Source of the DNA: Oscillospiraceae bacterium
Lineage (GTDB): Bacteria > Bacillota > Clostridia > Oscillospirales > CAG-272
DNA: 64,000 nucleotides
Direction: 5' to 3'
NCBI GenBank assembly: GCA_015065105.1
Contig: SVQZ01000003.1
Span: 35,303 to 99,302 of the forward strand
Shown here piece after piece: positions 8,914 to 16,573 of this stretch. Position numbers and translations under genes: made by a program. Below the pieces are notes generated by a model. The model made no database searches. It saw only the letters and a list, made by a program, of their open reading frames with translations, and was not told where the DNA came from. The number at the start of each line of letters is the position of its first letter. Positions within the stretch are counted from its first letter, which is position 1.

Positions 8914-10072
8914 ATACTTGTGTTTTTTCTACCCATTCATTCCAACGGGGATCTGCTTTGATTTCTTTTTCCACTTGACTATGATCCGGATGGCACCACA
9001 TAGGCCAATCTGCAGGTAAGCTTTTGGCAATGCTTTTTGATATGCCTGTTTCATATTTTACAAAAGAAACAAGGGGTGCGGTAAAATAATGTTCTTTTCC
9101 GTCACATATTTTTTCCAATGCTCTTGCGTGCTTTAAGCTTTCGTCAAGGGATATAAAGGCATCGTCATGGTATCCCCGCTCCCATTGAACTCTTGAAAGG
9201 TAAAGATACAATTCTATAAGATCACCATGATACTTTCCCATGTTTCCGTCGTCACATATTAAATAAAATAAAGAAATTGCACCCTTGATCTTTTCAATCG
9301 GCATATCACTTTCAAAATTATGTTTGTTTGTGATCAAACCATAAACAAGCTGTGCGGCAAACTGTCTTGCAGTTTTTAAAAGAAAATCTCCTATGTATTT
9401 TGCTTCCTCTTTACCGTCTGAGGCAGCAACGAGAAGCAGTTCTCTGCAGTTTTTCAGCTCGGGCGCTTTTTTAGCATATTCAATGGCTTTGTCATGCTCG
9501 CCCATATTTCTGTAAAGCGAAACAAGAATACTTATTGCTTTTGTAATTGTTGAGTTGTCGGCGGCATTATTAACGAGATATTCACAGAGCTTGATCGATT
9601 CTTTCCAATATTCATTTGATCTGTGAATATCATAATTATGCCTGATAAACCCTTCTTCATCATAATATAACCATTCCTTATACCGTCTCCATCCCGCTTC
9701 CGAAAGGGTATCAGCCAAGGTTATAAGTAACCGTTCGTTTTGTGGGAACTCAGCTAACCCTTCTCGCATGATGGTAATACATTCCTCAACCCATTCATCA
9801 TCGCTCCGCGATTTAATACCGAATGATTCAATTTTATTGATGATAACATCAATTTTGCTTTCTCTGTCGTTATGATATCCAAATAATTCATCAATGGTAA
9901 TTCCAAAGTAATTAGCAATAGACGGGATAAGCTCCATATCGGGATAAGCTCCGTTTGCCTCCCATCTGGAAACAGCCTGAGACGTTACTCCTATTGCATC
10001 TGCAAGAGCTTCTTGGGTGCGTTTGTCACGTTTGCGTAATTCCTTTATTTTATCTGCTATTGTAAGTTTCAT
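8912..10072 (-). CDS. XRE-family HTH regulator with helical-repeat C-terminal domain, paralog 3
   Basis: GGAGG RBS. HTH is RTQEALADAIGVTSQAVSRWEANGAYPDMELIPSIANYFGITIDELFGY. Collinear with paralog 4 along its whole length. Confidence 0.85.
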   Translation of the reverse strand: MKLTIADKIKELRKRDKRTQEALADAIGVTSQAVSRWEANGAYPDMELIPSIANYFGITIDELFGYHNDRESKIDVIINKIESFGIKSRSDDEWVEECITIMREGLAEFPQNERLLITLADTLSEAGWRRYKEWLYYDEEGFIRHNYDIHRSNEYWKESIKLCEYLVNNAADNSTITKAISILVSLYRNMGEHDKAIEYAKKAPELKNCRELLLVAASDGKEEAKYIGDFLLKTARQFAAQLVYGLITNKHNFESDMPIEKIKGAISLFYLICDDGNMGKYHGDLIELYLYLSRVQWERGYHDDAFISLDESLKHARALEKICDGKEHYFTAPLVSFVKYETGISKSIAKSLPADWPMWCHPDHSQVEKEIKADPRWNEWVEKTQV

Positions 10073-10180
10073 AAAATAACCTCCGTAATTAATATCACCG
10101 GTGTGATTATATTATAGCTTACTGAATAAATAAATTCAATTATCAATTAGTTGTTTTAAATCCAAGTATCCCTTGGATCA

Positions 10181-10209
10181 AAAGTAAATGTCCCGCACAT
10201 AGCGGGACA
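10181..10209 (-). terminator. Rho-independent terminator of the 10214-11383 gene
   Basis: TGTCCCGC-ACATA-GCGGGACA stem-loop. On the minus strand it is followed by TTTACTTT. Confidence 0.6.
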
Positions 10210-10213
10210 AGGA

Positions 10214-11383
10214 TCATTCAAAGCATTCTGCAAATTTGGGATTTTTGCGGATTTCATCGAGAACGTCACTCCTGAAGAATTTAAGGGTTTTGTTCCAAAA
10301 ATCGTCCATATCAACAGGGGAAAGCTCTCCTTTGGCTATAGGGTTTAAATTGGCAACCAACGGTGCTGAGTAAACGTATTCTCCGTCATTATATATGCGT
10401 ACAGATTCTTTGTAATGATCAAAAACTTTGTTGAAATAACCGAGAATGGTTTCCATACTGCCATTGTTGTTCATTTCATATTTTGTTAAATCCAAATATA
10501 AATGTCCGATTTCACCATGATAGCCTCCGCATTTTCCGTCAATAAAAATTGTTTCATAAAGCTTTATGAGGGATAAAACAACATTTTTACCGTATTCAGT
10601 GGAAGATATGTCAGGTCTTAATGCTATAGATTCACATATAGAAAACTGAAGGTTTGTAAGCAAAGCCAATATTCTTTCGTCTTGGTATCTTGCTTTTTCA
10701 TCGCCAACGGTTGCCATAGGTAAAAGAAGTTCTTTGCATATAACAATAGTGTCCTGTTCGTTTGCTAACTTTTTAGCCTTATCGTATTCTCCCATTCTGC
10801 AGTAAAGGGGTGTAAGTTGACGTATAGCTATGCTGCGATCTTCTGCATTTGGATTAGATCTGAGTGCTTTTTCGTAAACTTGAACTGCTTCCTGCCAGTA
10901 AATGTTTTTTGAATTGTATTCTACATTGTCTTCAATATTTCCCGTTACGTCATTCTTGTGTCCTTTTGCTCCGAATTTGTTCCAACCCCACATAAGAAGT
11001 GCTTGAGCTAATTTCAAAAGGATTTTGGGCTCGCCGGGAAATTCCTCTGAAGCTAAACGAAGCATATTAATGCATTCTTCAAATTCATCGGGTAAGCAGC
11101 CTTGGTACATGGTAAATCCCTGTTTTGTAATTATATCGCTTGCTTTGGTAAGAATGTTTTTGATTTTATTTTCTCTGTCATTATTGTAACCGAAAAGCTC
11201 GTCGATGCTTACGTTAAAATAATTTGCTATGGCAGGGATGATCTCTATGTCAGGATAACATCCGCCCGATTCCCAACGGGAAACAGCCTGGTTTGTTACT
11301 CCGATGGCAAGGGCAAGATCCTCTTGCTTTCGTCCGTCACGCTTACGTAATTCCTTAATTTTATTTCCAAGAGTAAGGTTCAT
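10214..11383 (-). CDS. XRE-family HTH regulator with helical-repeat C-terminal domain, paralog 4
   Basis: GGAGG RBS. HTH is RKQEDLALAIGVTNQAVSRWESGGCYPDIEIIPAIANYFNVSIDELFGY. Confidence 0.85.
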   Translation of the reverse strand: MNLTLGNKIKELRKRDGRKQEDLALAIGVTNQAVSRWESGGCYPDIEIIPAIANYFNVSIDELFGYNNDRENKIKNILTKASDIITKQGFTMYQGCLPDEFEECINMLRLASEEFPGEPKILLKLAQALLMWGWNKFGAKGHKNDVTGNIEDNVEYNSKNIYWQEAVQVYEKALRSNPNAEDRSIAIRQLTPLYCRMGEYDKAKKLANEQDTIVICKELLLPMATVGDEKARYQDERILALLTNLQFSICESIALRPDISSTEYGKNVVLSLIKLYETIFIDGKCGGYHGEIGHLYLDLTKYEMNNNGSMETILGYFNKVFDHYKESVRIYNDGEYVYSAPLVANLNPIAKGELSPVDMDDFWNKTLKFFRSDVLDEIRKNPKFAECFE

Positions 11384-11610
11384 AATATCCTCCGAAAAAT
11401 ATATTCACCGGTGTGATCATATTATATCCTATATATTAAGCAATTTCAATTATCAATTTGTTGTTTGGCAATCAACAGGAGATTGAATTAAGAGAAAAAT
11501 TAACTGAATTTATAAGAACACTTCACTAATTTGATAAATTGTGATATAATGAATTAAATAATGAGCGACGATTTATTAAAATTAATTTCAGTTAAAACGG
11601 AGGAAACATA

Positions 11611-12930
11611 ATGCAGGAGATTAAATGTCCTAATTGCGGCGAGGTCTTTCAGGTAGATGAATCAAGTTACGATTCTATAGTCAAGCAGGTAAGAGACAAG
11701 GAATTTACAAAGGAGATTGCAGAGCGCGAAATTCATTATGCCAACGAAAAGGAAAATGCCGTTAAGCTTGCAAAAGCAGAGAGCGCCGAAGAGCTTGCAA
11801 GGGAGATTTCCAAAAAGGATGCCGAAATTTCAGCATTGCAGACAAAGCTGAAATCGGAGGAGGACAATAAGAAGAGTGCAGTAATTGAAGCTCTTGCGGA
11901 AAAGGAAAAAGAACTGTCAGCCAAGAGTGAAGAAATAGTAAAGCTTAAATCACAAATTGATTCTCTTGAGGCGGCGAAAAAATTAGCGGTAAATGAGGAT
12001 GATGATCGTATAGGTACCCTTGGAAGTTATAATGAATTATACAATACCTTATATAAAAAATATTCAAAAACTCATGATGTTCTTTTTTATTCCTACGATT
12101 GGCGAATGCCTTCGATAGACAATGCAAAGCTACTTGATGAGCTCGTTGATAATGAAGGCTACACCGACGTCTCTTTTATATGCCATAGCATGGGAGGAAT
12201 AGCTGCTGCACAATATTTAACACTGAGCGAGGATAATGTTGGGTCAACAGAAAAAGTTATAACAATAGGGACTCCTTTTGGCGGTTCCGCAAAGGCTCTA
12301 ATGGTGTTACAGGACGGCAGATATTTTAACTTCGCTGTAATGAAGAAGAACGTTCGCGAACTTGCATTAAATATCTCGGCGATATACGAGCTCTTGCCAA
12401 CCGAATATGCAGTTAATGCTTCCGGCGGTTATATCGTCAACAACGGGAAAATCTTTAATTTCGAGGAAAGCGTTGAATTTATTAAGGATCATGCACGTTT
12501 TGAAAAGGATAAAGATTCAAACGGAACAAATAAAACACTTTATCAAAACGCCCTTAAATCCCAATCTTCTCTTATAAGCGAAAAAGGACATATTATTGCT
12601 GACGATAGAATCGACGTATATATGATAGCAGGTTTTAATAACGAAACCGTAAAGAAAATCGTCGAAACCGATTATCTTTTTTCTGATACCGAAAGTACGT
12701 ATTTTGGAGACGGTACCGTTAGTTGCGAAAGTGCTGTTTTTTATAACGGTGAATTGTTTGATAACCCTGTATATTTCGTTGACGGTGTTGATCATAGAGC
12801 TCTCGTAAAGGATGAATCTACTCTTGAACTTATAAACTTATTGATAGATATGGGTGATGATATAAGTGAAAAAGAGTATGATAATAAAAAGATAGTGAAA
12901 TATGAGGATATAGATTTAAAAGAAGAATAA
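11611..12930 (+). CDS. Chimeric-looking protein: DUF2130-like zinc-ribbon plus coiled coil fused to an LCAT/PGAP1-like alpha/beta-hydrolase (lipase) domain
   Basis: GGAGG RBS. The N-terminus MQEIKCPNCGEVFQVDESSYDSIVKQVRDKEF plus ~100 aa of E/K-rich coiled coil matches DUF2130 N-termini from memory. From about aa 128 come YSYDWR and the nucleophile elbow FICHSMGG. Confidence 0.8.
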   Translation: MQEIKCPNCGEVFQVDESSYDSIVKQVRDKEFTKEIAEREIHYANEKENAVKLAKAESAEELAREISKKDAEISALQTKLKSEEDNKKSAVIEALAEKEKELSAKSEEIVKLKSQIDSLEAAKKLAVNEDDDRIGTLGSYNELYNTLYKKYSKTHDVLFYSYDWRMPSIDNAKLLDELVDNEGYTDVSFICHSMGGIAAAQYLTLSEDNVGSTEKVITIGTPFGGSAKALMVLQDGRYFNFAVMKKNVRELALNISAIYELLPTEYAVNASGGYIVNNGKIFNFEESVEFIKDHARFEKDKDSNGTNKTLYQNALKSQSSLISEKGHIIADDRIDVYMIAGFNNETVKKIVETDYLFSDTESTYFGDGTVSCESAVFYNGELFDNPVYFVDGVDHRALVKDESTLELINLLIDMGDDISEKEYDNKKIVKYEDIDLKEE

Positions 12931-12940
12931 GGAGGAAAAC

Positions 12941-14257
12941 ATGAAAAAATATATTGCATTAATTTCTATATTTTTTGTTTTAAGCACTTTTCTTACCTCA
13001 TGTAAAATTGAAGACAAGCCTGCGGTTAATTCTCTTGATTCTGCGGTGTTAGATAACGAAACTGATGAAGCAAATAAGATCGAGGATCTTATGTTTGATG
13101 ATGTTTCTGTTGAATTTCAAAATAATAATGATTATCTGCCCTTTGGAATAAATGATGAGATGAACGAGCTGATCAAAAATTATTTTGTAAGTTATTATAA
13201 ATCGCTCGGATCGCTTGAGGATCATGATATGTCCGATTATTTTACAAAGGACAGCGATTACCAAGCTTGTATTGTAAATGAAATGATTTCTTATCAGAAT
13301 GGAATCAGAAAAAACTTTACATATGATATGCAGTATAAAAAAGCGAGTGTCGGTGTTACTTACAGATCTCTTATTGAACTCGAAGACGGTTATAAGATAT
13401 ATCTTTGTGAAAATAATGCAATGAGCTTCAACTACATACAGAATATTACTTCGTATACCAGCGATGTTGAGCATTATTTTACACTTATAGAGGAAGACGG
13501 AAAATATCTTTTAACCGAGCATTCTGAAATAAGCGGAGTTTATGAGCTTATAAAGAGTAGCTTTGATAAATATACAAGTGATCTTTACGATTATAATACC
13601 GAAGAGATATTCGGTATAGTAAAGGACTATTTTGTTTCAGTAACAACAAAAGAACTAGATGCAGTAAATAAACAAAGGGAAGAGTATAACAGCTCTCCCG
13701 AGAATTATCAGACCGAGCTTTACGCTGATAATGAATATGATGTTGATGCTGCACTTGAATATTCATATGAATGGGCAGGGAAGACTGAAGCGAAAAGAAA
13801 TCCTAATTTCGGTGTTTATGACATCTACGGCGGTAACTGCAACAATTTCACGTCCCAATGTCTTTTTGCAGGCGGAATACCAATGGACCTTCAAGGGGTT
13901 CAATGGAAATGGTACGGAGAAAGCGTTAATTCTAACGGAGGAGCTTACGGAAGAAGTCCCAGCTGGGCGGAATGTGATTATTTCTATGCTTACTGTACAG
14001 AAAACGAAGGCTACGGTCTTGTTTGTGACTATTCCTCAAATATTTACAGCGGACGCCCCGGGGATCTTATTCAGTATATAGTTGACGAGACCGATGCTGT
14101 ACACACGGTTATCATTACAAAGGTAATATATGATTCGGATGGTAATGTTGTTGATTATCTTATAAATTCAAATACAACTGATAAGGTTGACAGTCCTATG
14201 AGTGCGTATGGATATACTAATTTCAGATTAATTAAAATAATTGGATGGAATAATTAA
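12941..14257 (+). CDS. Lipoprotein with C-terminal putative amidase (Amidase_6-like) domain
   Basis: AAGGAGG RBS. Signal peptide with lipobox LTSC. The C-terminal GGNCNNFTSQCLFAGGIPMD and GDLIQY...HTVIITKV motifs are typical of the putative-amidase domain, from memory. Confidence 0.75.
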   Translation: MKKYIALISIFFVLSTFLTSCKIEDKPAVNSLDSAVLDNETDEANKIEDLMFDDVSVEFQNNNDYLPFGINDEMNELIKNYFVSYYKSLGSLEDHDMSDYFTKDSDYQACIVNEMISYQNGIRKNFTYDMQYKKASVGVTYRSLIELEDGYKIYLCENNAMSFNYIQNITSYTSDVEHYFTLIEEDGKYLLTEHSEISGVYELIKSSFDKYTSDLYDYNTEEIFGIVKDYFVSVTTKELDAVNKQREEYNSSPENYQTELYADNEYDVDAALEYSYEWAGKTEAKRNPNFGVYDIYGGNCNNFTSQCLFAGGIPMDLQGVQWKWYGESVNSNGGAYGRSPSWAECDYFYAYCTENEGYGLVCDYSSNIYSGRPGDLIQYIVDETDAVHTVIITKVIYDSDGNVVDYLINSNTTDKVDSPMSAYGYTNFRLIKIIGWNN

Positions 14258-14278
14258 GGAGTTAAAAATTCACTCCTT

Positions 14279-14800
14279 TCAGACTGTCGAAAAAGTCGGT
14301 CGGACGTGTGAAACTAAAATATTAAGAAGTTAAACACTCCTACCAACAAACACCTGAGAAATAATTTATAAATCTCCCAATATAATTGAATAAGCATTCA
14401 AAAGTGGCATAAACGTCGAGTTTATGCCACTTTTTCACACTTTTCAGTGAAAAGGAGCTCTACCTTACTTAGTAAGCCTACGTCCCCTTTTCACGAAAAC
14501 CTACGCTTCCTTTTTCGAAGCCTGACAGACTGTCGAAAAAGTCGGTCGGACGTGTGAAACTAAAATATTAAGAAGTTAAACACTCCTACCAACAAACACC
14601 TGAGAAATAATTTATAAATCTCCCAATATAATTGAATAAGCATTCAAAAGTGGCATAAACGTCGAGTTTATGCCACTTTTTCACACTTTTCCGTGAAAAG
14701 GAGCTCTACCTTACTTGGTAAGCCTATGTCCCCTTTTCACGAAAACCTACGCTTCCTTTTTCGAAGCCTGACAGCGTGTCGATACTTTATCGACACGATC
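14279..14800 (+). mobile_element. Structured non-coding repeat element (MITE-like): one 3'-truncated copy (246 bp) plus one full copy (~275 bp) head-to-tail, flanked by a duplicated terminator hairpin
   Basis: 246-bp period (AGACTGTCGA at 14281 and 14527; GTGGCATAAAC at 14404 and 14650). Flanks TAAGGAGT(T/G)AAAAATTCACTCCTT at 14255-14278 and 14801-14824. An inverted homolog lies at 55081-55354. There is no ORF. Confidence 0.65.
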
Positions 14801-14827
14801 TAAGGAGTGAAAAATTCACTCCTTTTC

Positions 14828-15352
14828 TTATATAAAATCTTTTTTAATATGATCAATTGCACCCTTTTCAAGTCTTGAAACTTGGGCTTGAGAAATGCCA
14901 ATCTCTTCTGCGATCTCCATTTGGGTTTTGCCTTGGTAAAAACGCATTGCTATAATAGATTTTTCTCTTTCGTTCAATTTCTTTATCGCCTCGTTTAACG
15001 CAATACCCTCAAGCCAGCTTTCGTCGTTTGAACTGTTATCGCTGATTTGATCCATAACGTATAATGAGTCACCTGCAGATCCGTCATTGTATACCGGTTC
15101 GAATAATGATACCGGATCAACTATTGCCTCAAGCGCGTTTGTGACGCGTTCCTTTGTAGCATCTATTTCGTTATCTTTCAAATATTTCACAATATCGTCT
15201 ATATTAGGTTCTTTATCCATTCTTTTTGATAACTCGTCCTTTGCCCAAAGGGCATGATAAGCAAGATCCCGGATACTTCTGCTGACTCTGATCATGTTAT
15301 TGTCTCTCAAATATCTTCTGACCTCGCCTATTATCATTGGAACGATATGAGA
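14828..15352 (-). pseudogene. sigG: 5'-truncated SigG/SigF-clade sporulation sigma factor gene (regions 2.4-4 only)
   Basis: VPMIIGEVRRYLRDNNMIRVSRSIRD, DPVSLFEPVYNDG..LYVMDQISD and FYQGKTQMEIAEEIGISQAQVSRLEK closely match B. subtilis SigG from memory. About 70 N-terminal residues (regions 1.2-2.3) are missing. Similarity ends near 15345-15365, where an AT-rich insert begins. Confidence 0.7.
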
Positions 15353-15382
15353 AAGTAGAAATTCTAAAAAGGAGTTTCTACA

Positions 15383-15934
15383 ATGACCAGAAAACAAGCA
15401 TTACAGAGCGTTATTTCTGCAGTATCAAACAATCCTAAATATGCTGAAGAAATTCGTATTCTACAGGAAATCAGTGATGAGCTACCTCTTATCCATTGGT
15501 CTGATAGCTCAATTAGAGACACGGTTGAACAGTTTATTGTTGATAATGGTAGAGTACCAACTACATCTGATTTCAAGAAAAAAGGAATGCCACCGCATCC
15601 GGTTATCAAGCAGAAATACAAGATCACATTAGGTGAATGGTTGGAGAAATACTATCCTGTTCGAAAACCTACATATGAAGAATTAAAAGAGAAATATACA
15701 AACCTATTTGTTGAGGATTATAAGAGAATTAAACCAAAAAGTCAATATGAATTTAATAAGTTTAAAAGTCGTGGAACTAAAGGATGGCAAACTGTTGCAA
15801 AATATTATGAAGTAAAGTCATGGAGAAATTTAATAAAGAAATTGGATTTACCATTATATTTTGATATGGCTCGAGATCATAAACCAGTACAATTGAAAGT
15901 TAATTTCCATTTAGATTATGATTTTCATGATTAA
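15383..15934 (+). CDS. Hypothetical protein with two repeats resembling homing-endonuclease-associated (HNH_repeat-type) helical modules; probably from a mobile element
   Basis: AAAGGAG RBS. The repeats are IRDTVEQFIVDNGRVPTTSDFKKKGMPPHPVIKQKYKITLGEWLEKYY and a second around KSRGTKGWQTVAKYYEVKSWRNLIKKLDL. The region is visibly more AT-rich than its flanks. Confidence 0.55.
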   Translation: MTRKQALQSVISAVSNNPKYAEEIRILQEISDELPLIHWSDSSIRDTVEQFIVDNGRVPTTSDFKKKGMPPHPVIKQKYKITLGEWLEKYYPVRKPTYEELKEKYTNLFVEDYKRIKPKSQYEFNKFKSRGTKGWQTVAKYYEVKSWRNLIKKLDLPLYFDMARDHKPVQLKVNFHLDYDFHD

Positions 15935-15954
15935 CACAGTATTTAATCTTATTT

Positions 15955-15987
15955 ACAGCACCTCTTGTGGGGTGCTGTTTTATTTAT
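15955..15987 (+). terminator. Rho-independent terminator
   Basis: ACAGCACC-TCTTGTGG-GGTGCTGT followed by TTTATTTAT. Confidence 0.7.
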
Positions 15988-16142
15988 ATAAAAATGATAT
16001 GGTGAAATATTTTTTAATTATGTATCCTTCATCCTTAATGTAAAGGGACATTAAGGACTATATCGTCATATTATTTAATTTTGTTTATAAAAATCGGACA
16101 TCAGTCCGAATTGTTGTCCCTATAAGAGAAAGGACAGCAAAA

Positions 16143-16436
16143 ATGGCACGTATAATTAAAAAGAATATGCAACAGAGTATCTCTGATGATGAACAAGTTT
16201 GGATTACAAGGATGGGTTTCCTTGTTGAAATACAGTCGTCATCTGTCAGAGGGAAGGGTGGTAAGATTAAAAAGATTGATAAAGAACACTTTGTCGATAC
16301 TGACACAGGTGAGGTGAAGAAATTTAAGAAGCACAGCAAATCTTCTCGAAAAGAGAATTATAATTCTATATATAAGACACTCCGTACTGCACTCTACGGT
16401 TATATGATGGTGATATATTGGTGCGAGCGAAAATAA
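16143..16436 (+). CDS. Small basic hypothetical protein in the AT-rich insert, possibly an N-terminal fragment of a mobile-element replication-type protein
   Basis: 97-aa ORF. The motif VDTDTGEVKKFKK..SRKENYNSIYKTLRTAL weakly recalls N-termini of plasmid/ICE replication proteins. This is from memory only and is unverified. Confidence 0.3.
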   Translation: MARIIKKNMQQSISDDEQVWITRMGFLVEIQSSSVRGKGGKIKKIDKEHFVDTDTGEVKKFKKHSKSSRKENYNSIYKTLRTALYGYMMVIYWCERK

Positions 16437-16540
16437 AAACACAGACATGAATTGAGTTTTCAGCGCAAAAATGATAGGATAGTATTATGCATTTTACTCT
16501 GAATTCGCTGCCACCTTCAGACAGACTTAAGAAAATAATA

Positions 16541-16569
16541 ATCCCTTTACGAATGCTTCGTAAAGGGAT
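16541..16569 (-). terminator. Rho-independent terminator of the 16574-17359 gene
   Basis: ATCCCTTTACGAA-TGC-TTCGTAAAGGGAT (13-bp stem). On the minus strand it is followed by TATTATTTTC. Confidence 0.75.
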
Positions 16570-16573
16570 TCTG

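Noticed and set aside
6233-11383. Calling the four XRE/helical-repeat regulators bona fide RRNPP quorum-sensing receptors with cognate peptides.
   Set aside because: I found no small ORF with an export signal next to any of them, and the intergenic gaps are occupied by terminators. This is kept only as a hypothesis in the findings.
14279-14800. Possibility that the 246-bp and 196-bp repeats are CRISPR arrays.
   Set aside because: The repeat units are far too long and directly abut, with no unique spacers. No cas genes are present in the window.
15364-15627. 87-aa minus-strand ORF that might have been the missing N-terminus of the sigma factor.
   Set aside because: Its sequence has no sigma region 1.2-2.3 motifs. 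It is antisense to the RBS-supported 15383-15934 gene, and an in-frame stop separates it from the sigG-like frame.
14828-16570. A skin-like developmentally excised intervening element splitting the sigma gene.
   Set aside because: No recombinase gene, no 5' half of the sigma gene and no flanking att-like repeats are present. The window downstream runs straight into ordinary chromosomal genes. SigG acts in the forespore, where excision would be inherited, so truncation is the simpler reading.
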